DNA from: Octopus sinensis
Lineage: Eukaryota
Assembly: GCF_006345805.1 (NCBI RefSeq)
Contig: NC_042999.1
Location: forward strand, 114,762,001 to 114,826,000
Reading direction: 5' to 3'
Length of the DNA stretch: 64,000 bases
The position numbers and the translations under genes are program-made. The notes under the pieces are model-generated. The model was not told the DNA's origin. It did not search any database and saw nothing but the letters and a program-made list of their open reading frames with translations. Position 1 is the stretch's first letter; each line of letters opens with the position of its first letter. This document shows, piece after piece, positions 37,915 through 50,720 of this stretch.

Positions 37915-38300
37915 ACAGAGGTTGGCAGAAACGTTAGCACGCCGGGCGAAATGCTTCGCGGTATTTCGTCCGCCATTACATTGTGAGTTCAAATTCCGCC
38001 GAGGTCGACTTTGCCTTTCATCCTTTCGGGGTCGATAAATTAAGTACCAGTTACGCACTGGGGTCGATGTAATCGACTTAATCCGTTTGTCTGTCCTTGT
38101 TTGTCCTCTCTGTGTGTAGCCCCTTGTGGGTAGTTAAGAAATAGGTATTTCGTCTGTCGCTACGTTCTGAGATCAAACTCTGCCGAAGTGATTTTGCCTT
38201 TCATCCTTTTGGGGTCGATGAGATGAGCACCAATCAAGTGCTGGGGTTGATGTAATCGACTAGTCTCCTACCTCAAATTCCAGGCATTGTGCCTGTCACT
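37915..38300 (+). mobile_element. Composite SINE A: full copy with a LINE-derived tail plus a headless second copy
   Basis: Junction aagaaataggtatttcgtctgtc is repeated at 62021-62043. Confidence 0.88.
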
Positions 38301-38489
38301 GAGATTTTGATTCAGGGATTGTGAATTTGGCTGAGCATGTATATCCTAGTTGCAATGCGTCGAACAAATTACTTGAATCGTACCAACATAATTTTCTGTC
38401 GCTGTTATCTTTCTCTATTCTTTATATTTATGATATCAAAGTATTTCTATACATTTTTGATACAATTATGGCTTCTTTAGGGTTTTTTA

Positions 38490-38700
38490 GGCGTAGGCAA
38501 GGCCGTATGGGAAGAAACTTGCTTCTCAACCACTTGGTTGCGGGTTCAGCCCCATTGCGTAGCATCTTGGGCATGTGTCTTCAATTATAGCCTCAGGTCG
38601 ACCTAAGCCGTCTAAGTGGATTTGGTAGACGGAAACTAAAAGAAGCTCGTCGTGTGTGTGTGTGTGAGTGTGTGTGAGTGTGTGTGTGAGTGTGTGTGAG

Positions 38701-38738
<38 letters not shown>

Positions 38739-38935
38739 TGATTGTCCCCAACAATTGGTGTTGGTGTGTTTACGTCCCCGTAACTTAGCGGTTCGACAAA
38801 CGATATCGTTGGAATAAGTACCAGGCTTACAGAACAAACAATAAGTACTGGGGCCGATTCAATCGACTAAGAATTCTTCAAGGCGATGCTCCAGCATGGT
38901 CACAGTCTAATGACTGAAACGAGTAAAAGATGAAA
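38490..38935 (+). mobile_element. SINE family B
   Basis: Homologous to 23720-24105; internal (GT)/(GAGT) repeat. Confidence 0.9.
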
Positions 38936-38949
38936 GATATGATCGAGAA

Positions 38950-39300
38950 TCTTCTGCACATTTGAAATGTTATCTTCAGCGGACACAGTTCGGCTAACTG
39001 TTGTGATAATCGAAGTATATTTGTATGTGAAAGCTAATACGAACACTTATGTGATGGGAATTTGGGTCCGGGACTCTTTTATAATGGGTACTTTTGACGA
39101 CAACCTAGCGTCTGCTCTCAAAAATACTATATATGCCAAACTTGATGCGTATTATTATCAACTATGCAGAAAATCTTTGCAATGTCCAGATACACCACAT
39201 CTACTTTTCAACTGGTTTAGAAGCTGCTTTAACACCCAAACATAATGCAACTGTCTTGACCTGTGAGAATGAGTGCCTAGCTGTTTCTTGCAATAATTAC
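38950..39300 (-). pseudogene. CR1-type reverse transcriptase fragment
   Basis: Minus QLHYVWVLKQLLNQ..KVDVVYLDIAKIF, the CR1 DVVYLDFxKAFD motif region. Confidence 0.55.
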
Positions 39301-39308
39301 ATCTAAAG

Positions 39309-39433
39309 TAAACATTTTTCATGAACCCTTAAAATACTACTGCGGATCCCCAATTTACTATTTTGCTTACCTGGACCCCAAAAGTCATATATGGACTCTC
39401 ACAGGTCGTATAGACCCTTCTTGAGAACCACTG
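39309..39433. mobile_element. hAT (Charlie-like) MITE remnant
   Basis: Right end ttgagaaccactg followed by GTCTAAAC; left candidate TSD ATCTAAAG; left TIR eroded. Confidence 0.5.
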
Positions 39434-39474
39434 GTCTAAACAGAAAATTAGATTATCAATTTTTCTTTTGTAAC

Positions 39475-39615
39475 TCTCAAATTCCGCGGAGGTCGACTTT
39501 GCCTTTCATCCTTTCCGAGTCGATAAATTAAGTACTAGTTGCGTACTGGGGTCGATCTAAACGACTAGCCCCTTCCTCAAAAATTTCAGATCTTGTGCCT
39601 ACAGTAGAAAAGAAT
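39475..39615 (+). mobile_element. SINE family A, headless
   Basis: Core and tail ccttgtgcctacagtagaaaagaatt. Confidence 0.85.
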
Positions 39616-39887
39616 TTTTCATTTTTAACTCGTTCCATTAGTTTGCTGGTTTCTGAAGTTAGAATGATAGCCTTACAATGCTTAACATCTGTTTTATTTC
39701 TTCCGTTGTGGTTTGGACAATGTCTTCGACAAATATTTTGTATGTTATCACTTCTTGTATAAAGTATCCAAAGTTGTCAATCAAGACGTTTTTCCTTGCC
39801 TTTAGCAGAATTATTGTGAAACTTACATAGCGTGTAACTTACTGAGTTGAGGTTCGTTAACTCATTATAGTAATTTTTTCAAAATTT

Positions 39888-40098
39888 AACCTTGACATTT
39901 CTCTTGGAGGCACGTATACCGATCCCCTCAAAAATACAACAAGAGCAAAAATAACTATGACAATCTCAAGCCAATGAAAGAGCATCATCTCTGAAACCTT
40001 AACATTTCTCTTGGAGGCACGTATACCGATCTCCTCAAAAATACAAGAGCAAAAATAACTATGACAATCTCAAGCCAATGAAAGAGCATCCTCTCTGC
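39888..40098. repeat. Tandem duplication of ~107 bp
   Basis: aacctt(g/a)acatttctcttggaggcacgtataccgatc at 39888 and 39995. Confidence 0.92.
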
Positions 40099-40439
40099 AA
40101 GAAACTGCAGCCAAATCTCCCTCGTTTTAAGCTTTGCGGTCTTGAATAAGAAAAGGATACACTGAACAATGATGCAAACTCACATATTCCTTAAACAAAT
40201 GAGAAGCTCACGGTTGTAATCATAGATTTGCACAATCATGATTGACTTGGAGTTTAACAACAAATTCAGCAGCAACAGCAGTAATAACGACAGTAAAAAC
40301 CTTAGATGGACTCTATGGGGAGATTCTCAACTTTTCAATATCTCTTGAGAATTGCAGGAGTAGTTTTAATGAATAATGATTAATGTAATGATAAACATTT
40401 ATACTTTGTTCCCAATCCTCTCCTCATCTAAAATAAAAC

Positions 40440-40582
40440 ACACACACACACACACCATAAATATATATTTGTATGTATGAACGTATATGTATGTATATAT
40501 ATATATTATATATATATATAATATATATATATATATATACATGTATGTACCTATATAGCTATATATGTATATATATACATAC

Positions 40583-40620
<38 letters not shown>

Positions 40621-41490
40621 ATACACATATATATATTTATATATATGTATGTCTACATGCTTGTATGTATGTGTATAATTGAGTGTATATATATATATAT
40701 GTCTATATATATATGTATGTATATTAATGTAGCTAGAATAAATTTTAAGATAATCTATTGAATCTGCAAAAGCCCCTCCTCTCTCCCTATTAAAATAGCA
40801 GAAATACAAGCATTAGTTTGAAGGAAAGCACCAACGGTCCTTCTCAAATCTTATATATTATAAATATGTGTGTGTGTGCATTGTATGTATGTATGTATGT
40901 ATGTATGTATGCATGCATGCATGCATGTATGTATGTATGTATGTATGTATGTATGTATGTATGTATGTATGTATGTATGTATGTATGTTTGTATGTGTGT
41001 ATGTATGTATGTGTGTATGTATGTATGTACACGAGAAGCGATCCATGTTTACAGAGGATACGCATGCTGAGCTAAAGCAAAATTATTAAGAAAAATTAGT
41101 CTGACTTGCAAATATATTGATAATAACATAAAATACTTATTTATAAAAAGAGACGCAACAACTAAACATTGTAAATGTTACTTTAGTTGGTTTTTGTCCG
41201 AATATATTTCGCTTAGTTAAGCAAGTAATGAGTTGGTACAATACAATTTAGTTTTCTGCGCCGGAACATCATCGCCTGTAAACTAACAAACATGATATTT
41301 AAGAGAATAAAACTGCGATGAAAACAACATCAACAATAACGACAGCTACAACAAAGCAACAATAATTGTAATACTAATAAGAATAATAACAACCATATTA
41401 TTGTTGTTGTTGTTGTTATCACCGCCATCATCATCATCATTATTACTATCATCATCGTCGTCGTCGTTGTTATTATTATTATTATTATTA

Positions 41491-41528
<38 letters not shown>

Positions 41529-41654
41529 TATTATTATTATTATTATTATTATGTCATTTTTCCCAAATATTCAAGGATAGATTTGAAAATAATTTGTTTA
41601 ACAAGCTAGAAATAAAACTTCTGCTATCGAAGCAAAATACAAACAAAAAGAGAC

Positions 41655-41725
<71 letters not shown>

Positions 41726-41736
41726 TAACAACAACA
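40440..41736. repeat. Microsatellite cluster: (TA), (TATG)n 40865-41030, (ATT)n 41470-41552, (AAT)n 41655-41722
   Basis: Direct reading. Confidence 0.9.
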
Positions 41737-42144
41737 ACTTAAAGTCAACTTCTTTGTTATTACAATCTTTTAAAAATATTTTTTGTTTTATTTTCTTCAA
41801 ATCCATCATTTCAATATATTTTCTCGAGTCTTTTATGATTTATTCCAAAAGAATAGACTTCATTTCATGAAATAAATGTGTATAACGGTATTATTTGCAG
41901 ATATTATATGCAGACATCATCATACATAGACACCATATGCACATAGCATTATATTCACTTGTATAAAGATGTTTTTAAAACAGCAACAAATACATGAGAG
42001 GAGCCAAGAGAGAATATATATGTATAAATATAATAAACGAACAAAAACGACAGAAAGGAAGGAAGGAAGGAAGGAAGGAAAAGAGGAAAGAAAGAAAGGA
42101 GGAAAGCAGGAAAGAAGGAAAGAAGGAGGGAAGGAAGGAAGAAG

Positions 42145-42183
<39 letters not shown>

Positions 42184-42345
42184 AAAAAATTAACCTCAGT
42201 ATTTAGATGTGGGTGAAACCATTCTGAAAAATATCGTGGACGTTCCTCAAGATCATTAAATACCCACACGCGCACACATACATAAATACATACATACATA
42301 CATACATACATACATACATACATACATACATACATACATACATAC

Positions 42346-42827
42346 GAACGAACGAACGAAGTTGACTATACTGAAACCGATGAATCAAAAAAAATATTGG
42401 GGGAACTTAAGAATTAAAACAGTCACCAAGACCGGCCAGATATCGTTTCTGTGGAACCAAAAAGAAAAGATATGTCCTGTTGTGGAAATGAGTTGTTCTC
42501 TGGACGAAAATGTGGTTAGAAAAACACAAGAGAAGGATGACATTTATGGACCATTGTTAAGGATTTTGCAAATCCAGTACCCAAGACACATCTTCAGCTT
42601 CATACCTATTATTATTGGAGCAACAGGATGCCTAACAACCCGTATGGAGCAAAGAATAACTGAACTTGGGATCTTGGGGAGAGAATGCAAATCCTTAATT
42701 CATATGCTACAAATGATAACGATAACAGGAACTATAAAAATATGCAAGACTTTCTTAAGATTTAAAGGATGATGTTAAGTTAAGTGGCCAGTCAAAATTG
42801 ACTCTAAAATTTAAAAAAAAAAGAGAA
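42346..42827 (+). mobile_element. RLE-type LINE 3' fragment inside (CATA)n
   Basis: LWNQKEKICPVVEMSCSLDENV..EKDDIYGPL..FIPIIIGATG..ITGTIKICKTFL; (CATA)n at 42281-42345 and 42828-43025. Confidence 0.82.
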
Positions 42828-43659
42828 CATACATACATACATACATACATACATACATACATACATACATACATGCATGCATACATACATGCATGCATAC
42901 ATACATACATGCATACATACATACATGCATGCATGCATACATACATACATACATACATACATACATACATACATGCATACATACATACATACATACATAC
43001 ATACATACATACATACATACATACACATTCGTTATTAGCGACAGAAACAATATTGGTCCAGAACAGCATTCTGTTTATATTACTTAATGTGAATATGCTG
43101 TACAAAAATCACAAAAGAATCCACAGTATTCGTCTTGATAAAGCTTCTTATACAGACGTATAGTGCTAAAAAGCATAGAGGTTCTTTTATCAGTAGTAGA
43201 CGAAAAGTGTCCAGCAGCGGGCAAAATAATGTTGCTTTTCAAAGATGGGTTTTCAAAGTTTTCTACATATTCTATCGGTACCCTTTCAGGGTTAGTAAAA
43301 TATGTACCAGACAAGCACAGGGGTCGATGTAATCGACTTTACACTTTCCCCTGAAATTATTGGCCTTGTGCCAAAATTTGAAATCATATTACAAATAAAG
43401 TGTGAATCAGTATAAAACACAAACACACAATAAAAAAATTAAGCAAAATGTGTCACAGCAAACCATGCGCTGACACTAGTAATATAATACAAAACCAATA
43501 AAATCAGCGACTTTCTTATTGAAAGCACATCTCTGGTATGCAAGCCTGAATACAAACTTAGAATTATCAATGAAATTTATAAGTGTGAATGTAAAAGTGA
43601 AACTTCGCAATTTCAACTGTTATGTAAGCCAAACATGAATGGAAGAGTCAAGTCTTATT

Positions 43660-44010
43660 CAGTGAGCTCACTTCAGGAAAAAGATCACGAGGTTGCTCTC
43701 TTCGAAGATACAAGGACCAATTCAAAGAAACACTGAAAACCACTGGAATTAAACGTAAATCCTTTGAAACACAAGCTCAAGACCGTACCATGTGGCGGTG
43801 TTCCATCCAAATCTTCGAAGCAACCAGAAAACGGATGAAATCAAACGACAGGGGAGAAAGGCTCGACAAAATCAAGTTCCCCTCTACCACATTGTCATGC
43901 AGTCAATTCTATCGACTCTTCTATGCAAGAATTGGTCTACAGAGTCATACAAGGCATCACCATAAAGGAAGCGTTCAGCAAAGAAGGAAAAAAGTTCTCG
44001 TATACGAGAT
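43660..44010 (+). mobile_element. RTE (BovB-like) LINE 3' fragment
   Basis: ELTSGKRSRGCSLRRYKDQFK..AQDRTMWR..LSCSQFYRLFYARIGLQSHTRHH. Confidence 0.8.
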
Positions 44011-44063
44011 AGAACCGGCGATGACAATTAGCCTAACAAGTACATTTTCTCAGAGGGTATTCT

Positions 44064-44094
<31 letters not shown>

Positions 44095-44866
44095 GCTACT
44101 CACATATATGGGACAGAGCTACTGCTCCACAATTAGACACACATGCACACACATACACACATACACACACACACACACGAAAAAAAACTGCATTCAAATG
44201 AAGCCCATTTGATTAGGTGGTAAAACTTCAATTACTAACATGCTTCAATTACTAACTTGCAAACACATTCATTCCTCTTTCTTTCTTCCTTCTTCCTTTC
44301 TTTCTTCCTCTCTTTCCTTTCCTTCCTTTCTCTCCCTCCCTGTCTCTCACGCATTCTTTCACTCTCTCTTTCTTCCTCCCTCCCCCCTCTCTCTCTGCTT
44401 CTGCTAACCTTGCTACAACTCTCCGAGGTCCTCTGAATTATCTGCATAACCCTTCCACACAGATCTACCCATCTTACATGTTTCTTCTCTTCCTCTTCTT
44501 GTTATTTCTACTGTGTTATCTCACAGACCACATTCTAAATATTTCGCATACTTTTCATCCCATAAAATGAAACTCTCTACGATTCTCTTCTGGCAAAAAG
44601 TTTTGTAAAATATAGACCGCAAAATGTTTAAACTGAATATCAGCCATATCAACTTTCACCAATTTGAGAGAAATGCAAAAGGCAATAGCAACTGCCCAGT
44701 ACTAGATACATTGATACATATTCTCAATTTCCAAATCAACTCGGAGAGGGCAGGAGAGAATCAACCCCGTGTACACTTCACGAGGAAATCCTGTAGTGTT
44801 GTTGAAGTATTTTTTTTGCAGCAATACTATTGGAATCAATCTTGCTTTATACGCAATGTTTTACAG

Positions 44867-44962
44867 ATACGAGGAATCAAAGAATTGTGGAACTTGTCAG
44901 CATCTCGTTTAAATTTCGTATGTTGTTGTAAAAGTATACCAGAAAGTTTATTACAATGTAAG
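44867..44962 (+). CDS. Weak candidate internal exon (96 nt, phase 0-0)
   Basis: ttttacAG acceptor, AAG|GTaaaa donor, open frame IRGIKELWNLSASRLNFVCCCKSIPESLLQCK; no recognisable homology. Confidence 0.15.
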
Positions 44963-45689
44963 GTAAAACGTCTATCGATTTAATCAGTGGTAGGGATTGC
45001 TGTACAGTAGAACATAGACAAAATGAAAGACTGGGTAGTTACGGCTTGAATGTCTTTAATAAGACTAGGTGGTTACGGCTTAAATGTCTTGAGGGTTGAT
45101 CGCGTCTTAAACAGAATATGGTAATAAACATAGAATGGGATAATTTAGTTCATCCGAGCGATCTTCAGATATGGATGGTTTGTTCTTATGTTTTGCTTCG
45201 TTTTATAGACAAAATCTCGGGTTCGGTACGTTCATCCACCTCATACGTTCGTTACTCACGAGAAAAAAGATTTGTAACACGAATTATTGAAGGAAAGTTC
45301 TACATAATCTATCGGTTTTTTTTTTTTTGCTTGTTTGTTTAACATGCTTACAACAGGATTTAAGTCCAAAATCGTTACTTTTTATAAATTTTGTCTTTCT
45401 AATCCATTTAGTTTTGTATTTCGTTCTCTTTGATACGATATAACAGCTTTGTTACCGTCTGTCGATGACGGTTATCATAGAAACAGTTACTATAAATACA
45501 GTGACGTTTAAGGTTCCTATAGCGATAGTTGCTGAAGATACGGTGTCCATAGAAACATAATATCTCTTTAAATATATTTTCCCGCCTAGTAAGGAAAGCG
45601 ATGATAATTAAAACTACATAAGTGGAGGTATGTTTGTGTGTGTGATTAAGAAGGAGTGCTTCACAACTACATAGGTCTGGGTTCATCGT

Positions 45690-46070
45690 CGGAATTGTTA
45701 AAGTGTCGGGAAAATGCCTTACAGTATATCTTTTAGTTCTTTACAGTCTGAGTTCAAATCCTGTTTAAGTCAACATGCCTTTCATCCCTCCGTGGTCGAT
45801 CAAATGCAGTACTAGTGAAATACTGTGGCCGTTGTAATTGTCTAATCATCTCCCCTCGAAAATTGGTGATGAATTGGCAGAATCGTTAGATCATCGGAGA
45901 AATGTCCAACGGCATTTGCTCTGAGTCTTTATATTCTGAGCTCAAATCCCGCAAAGGACAACTTTGCCTTTTCTCCTCGCGGGATCAATAAAAATGAAGG
46001 ACCAACCAAATACTGGAGACGAAGGTATCGACTAATTTTCACCCTTTAAAATTACTGCTCTTGTCCAATG
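45690..46070 (+). mobile_element. Two old tandem SINE A copies
   Basis: Two ctgag(t/c)tcaaatcc...gccttt..cggtcgat/gggatcaat cores. Confidence 0.75.
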
Positions 46071-46179
46071 ATTATTATTGCTGCTGTTTCATGCTAATTT
46101 AACTAGCAGGGCTGTTATCTTGAGATTTGATGGCAACAGGCCTCCTCAAGGGCACCAATTATCACAGAAATAATTGTTG

Positions 46180-46450
46180 TCTTAATCTTTTACACTCTCT
46201 TCATCACTCTGGCTAGGTTCTGATATTTCTGATACTGTTTTTTTTTTTCTTTTCAATTTTTTTGGTATCCACTCTGTCATCATTTGGAATCGCAAAGTCC
46301 ATAACCTACACTGTTTCTTTTTGTCATCCACAATCATACCTGGCTTCCTTGATTCAATAGTATGGTCAGTCTTTGTGGGTTTAAGTCCCACAAAATCTTG
46401 TAATTTTATTCTCTGTCTCCACCTCTGGTCCGTGTTCAATCGACTCATTC
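46180..46450 (-). mobile_element. Short RLE LINE fragment
   Basis: KTDHTIESRKPGMIVDDKKKQCRLWT(D)FAIPND. Confidence 0.65.
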
Positions 46451-46559
46451 TCTCCTCCGAACTTACTGGCCTTGTGCCAAAATTATTATCGTTGTTGTTG
46501 TTATTTGATAAAACTCTCAGCTTACTTTTCTGAGTATGATGGAAAGTGTAAGTCGTCCA

Positions 46560-47352
46560 TAGCCAGCAGACTAAGGTGACATTTGTTTACTGGTCATGCT
46601 TCAAGAACCCTGCAAAGAATTCTTGCAGCTTCATGCAATGCTGATTTTGTAGGTGTTCTGTCTGTACCAATCTTTTTGAGCCATGCTGGTAGTTGAGTGC
46701 CAAAACTTCCAAGTGAACCAATTACTATTTGTATTACGTCTACTCCCCTCATTGACCACAGCCTTCGTATTTCCCACTTCAAATCATCGTAGTTCAGTTT
46801 TTCTTCTTTCTTTGATCCTGTTGTCACCGGGACATGATATGTCGATTATCATGCATGTTCTTTCTTTTTTATTCACAACAACAATGTCCGGTTTCCGATG
46901 TCTAGTCAGGTGATCACACTGAATCATTATATCCCAAAGTATTTTGTAATTTTCATTCTCGGTGACTCTTTCTGCGGTTTTCTCATACCACGTTTCTGCT
47001 CTTTGTAGGCCGTAATTTCCACAGAGCCCCTAGTGGATCATTCTTGCCACATTGTCATGTCATCTTTTGTATTCGCGTTGTGCCAATTTCGGGCATTCGC
47101 TAACGATGTGCCATACCGTTTCACCCCTCTCGCAACACATTCTGCATTTGTCGCTGTCGGTACTGTTGCCGATTCTGCACTTCACATAGTTAGTCATTGG
47201 CGCTTGTTCTTGTGCTGCGCATATAAGTGCTTCCTTTTCTATCTTACGGTTACTCCTCATCCATAGCCACCGACCTTCTGTACCTGTCTTTACGTTCGTA
47301 TAACTTACAAATTGTCGGTACATTTTCTAATTCTTCCATGCTGTTTCTTGTG

Positions 47353-47437
<85 letters not shown>

Positions 47438-48190
47438 CTTTTCCCCTTTAAGTTTTTCTTTCTTTACACAATTATCAGTTTTAATGACGCCGAACTTCTT
47501 CACATGTTTCAACAATGGTTCCACGGTATTTTTTACATACCACCCTAACCTGTTTTCCTTGGTTTCGATACAACGCTGGCAAGTGATCAAACCTTTTCCA
47601 TCCCTTTCTGTTGTGCAAGTACAGCCAATCGGTATCACTCTTAGGGAGGAAAGCTCCGTGCACTGTCAATATTTGTCTTGTCTTCGTGTCCATTTTCATC
47701 AGTCATAAACTTTTGACAGTTTATGATTCCAACTCTATACAGAAGTGATGCTATCGCCCATGTATTAACTGCTTGGATTTCATTCCATCCGGTCGATTCT
47801 GAAAGTAATACCCATCATAGTCTTCGAAAATATTCCATCTTCAGTTGTTTTTTCATTTCCTTCCCTATGATTTCGTTGAAATCTAGTATGCCAAGGTATT
47901 TGTAACCTTCCGTTCCAATTTGTTTAATCAGTTCTTTATTAGGTAATTCTATCCCTGGTAGGGATTGTGCCTTGCCACTTTTCAGGTACATTATACCACG
48001 CCTCTTGAGTCCAAATTCCATTCTAATATCCGCGCTAATTCAGTGGACCGTGTTCACTAGAGAACTCATCTGTACCTCATCCCTGCCATACAGCTTCAAA
48101 TCATCCATGAAGAGGAGGTGGTTGATTGTTCGAAATTTTCCTTTTAGCCGATATCCTAGGTTCATTTTCATGAGAACCAAGGTCAGAGGG
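46560..48190 (-). mobile_element. RLE-type LINE 3' portion, interrupted by (GT)n at 47349-47435
   Basis: INHLLFMDDLKLY, YKYLGILD, EALICAAQEQA, CRMCCERGETVWHIVSECPKLAQREYKR, RKPDIVV, IVIGSLG; 5' flank (ATT)n at 48193-48258. Confidence 0.88.
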
Positions 48191-48258
<68 letters not shown>

Positions 48259-48262
<4 letters not shown>

Positions 48263-50668
48263 TAGTTTTATTTTTATAGCGTGCTTTCACTTCACTACCG
48301 AGCGCAGCTCTGTGTGCCTTGGGTATGTGCTGTGATTTGTTGTGATGCTCTGATGGTTTTTGTATGGAAAGTGTTCTGCGTAGGATGTGTGCAGTGCCTA
48401 GTAGTGCAATTTTCTGTTGTTTATGTGTTTGTAAGTCCTGTGTTTTTGTTATGTATTTGTCTGAATATTTTTTTATCATGCCTAATGCACCTACTATGAT
48501 AGGAATTGTTTCTGTTTTTAGATTCCACATTCTGGTTACCTCTATTTCCAGGTCTTTGTATTTTGAGAGTTTCTCCATTTCTTTTGGAGACACATTGTCA
48601 TCTGCCGGTATTGATACATCAATTAGAAAGCATTTTTTTTCTTCATGATCTCTGACAACTATATCTGGCATATTGGCCTTAATTTCTCTATCTGTGTGGA
48701 TTGGCATATCCCAGAGTATGGTTGCTTTCTCGTTTTTTCTGTGACCTTTTCTGGTGTGTGCCTATACCATCTTTTTCTGTTGTTATTCCATAATGTTTGG
48801 CATAGTTTCCAGTGCATATAGGTCCCACTCTGTCGTGTCTGTGAATATTTCCTTCTTAGCCAGTACTGGGCAGCTAGAGATAATATGATTTATTGTTTCT
48901 TGTCCATCTCCACATATCTGCAGTTACTTGTTATATTTCTTTTCATTACATGTTTTTGGTAATTTCTGGTGGGGAGGCTTTGGTCTTGTGCTGCAATTAA
49001 AAATCCCTCTGTCTCTGCTTTGAGTCTGAGCTTCTCAACCATGCTGGATTTTTCTTTGTCTATTTCTTTTGCGTTAGTTTAGTTCAGTATTTACCTGAAG
49101 GGGCTTTTCTTGCCATCGTTTATCATGGTTTGTTGCTGTTCTATTTTTAGTTTGGATTTCATTTGTTTTATAGCTTTTGTTTTGTTTCTTCATCCTCTTC
49201 TTCTTTTTCTTCATATTTATTAGGTGGTATGATTTCTTGTTTGTATTTATCAGCTTCCTTAAATACTGAGAACATTTTTTTGTTTTGCTCGTGTTTTGCC
49301 GCTATTTGTATCAGTTTTCCTTCCTTCTGAAGTAGATATTTTTGAAGTCCTATAGTGGTTATTTTATAGTAGTTTTCCAGCTGTATAAGGCCTCTACCAC
49401 TTTCTATACGTTTTATATATAGTCTTTCTATGTCAGATTTTGGGTGATGCATTCTAGATCCTGTCATTATTTTTCTTGTTTTCCTATCTATTTTGGTCAG
49501 TTCATTTAGAGTCCAGTTAAGGATATTGTAGCTGTAACTTATAACTGGGACAGCTAAAGTGTTAATACCTATTATCTTGTTTTTAGCATTGAGCTCTGTT
49601 TTTAGTATTGATCTAACTCGTCTATAATATTCTTTTTTTATTTTCTCTGTCATTTGTGTGTGTTATGTCTTATCTAGTTCATGGATTCCTAAGTATTTGT
49701 AAGTTTGGCTTTGGTCTAATTCTTTTATTTCATTGATTTTATCTAGTGTGATGTTGCTACTCTCAACTAGTTTTCCTCTTTTCATGGTTACTTTGGCGCA
49801 TTTTTCTAATCCAAATTTCATTTTTATTTCTTTGGTAAATCCATGAACTGTCTTTAATAGCGTTTCCAGCTGTTTGTCATTTGCAGCGTATAGTTTTAGG
49901 TCATCCATATATAAAAGGTGGTTGATCGTTTTGCCGTAACATTTATATCCGCATCCAGTTCTATTTAGCATATCAGATAGAGATGACAGTGCCAAGTAGA
50001 AAAGGAGTGGAGAGAGCGTGTCTCCCTGGAATATTCCTTTTCTAATGGGGATGGCTTTGGTTTTCATGAGTCCCTCTTTTGTTTGGAGCTGTAGCACTGT
50101 TTGCCATTTATTCATAGAGTGCCCTATGAATTTTATAATTGTTGGTGCTACTTTTTTAATGGCTAGTGTTTCGAGGATCCATGTGTAGGGGATGCTATCA
50201 AATGCCTTTTTGTAGTTGATCCAGGCCATACTGAGGCCTTTCTTCTTTCTGTGGCTGTCTTCAGTTATGGCTTTATTAATCATTAGTTGATCTTTACAGC
50301 CATATGAGCCTTTGCGGCATCCTTTATGCTCTTCTGGGAACAGGTTGTTTTCGTCCAGGTGCTTGTTCAACCTTTGCGATATCACTGCAGTAAATGCCTT
50401 GTACATTGCAGGGAGACAGGTTATTAGTCTGTAGTTTTCTGGTTTTGCTGTCTCATTTGATTTGGGAATTAAGATGGTTTTCCCCTTCGTGAGCCATTCA
50501 GGCATTGTCTCTGCTAGTATGTTGTTAAAGTTTTCAGCTAGCTTTTTGTGCATTCCTGTTAGATATTTCAACCAGAAGTTGGGGATCTTGTCATGCCCAG
50601 GTGCCTTCCAGTTGCTTAGTCTTTGCAGTGCCTGGGTGACCTCTTCAGTTGTTATGGGGGTCCAAAGT
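48259..50668 (-). mobile_element. 5'-truncated R4/Dong-like RLE LINE, 2.4 kb, the best preserved element here
   Basis: RT, CRICGDGQETINHIISSC zinc knuckle and PDIVV..LIDVSIP..EK..KY RLE; (TAA)n at both ends. Confidence 0.95.
49663..50571 (-). CDS. Reverse transcriptase domain of the R4/Dong-like LINE (disabled element)
   Basis: NYRLITCL, KKAFDSIP, GIFQGDTLSPLLF, HLLYMDDLKLYA, YKYLGI. Confidence 0.93.
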   Translation of the reverse strand: MKYLTGMHKKLAENFNNILAETMPEWLTKGKTILIPKSNETAKPENYRLITCLPAMYKAFTAVISQRLNKHLDENNLFPEEHKGCRKGSYGCKDQLMINKAITEDSHRKKKGLSMAWINYKKAFDSIPYTWILETLAIKKVAPTIIKFIGHSMNKWQTVLQLQTKEGLMKTKAIPIRKGIFQGDTLSPLLFYLALSSLSDMLNRTGCGYKCYGKTINHLLYMDDLKLYAANDKQLETLLKTVHGFTKEIKMKFGLEKCAKVTMKRGKLVESSNITLDKINEIKELDQSQTYKYLGIHELDKT

Positions 50669-50672
50669 TATA

Positions 50673-50720
<48 letters not shown>

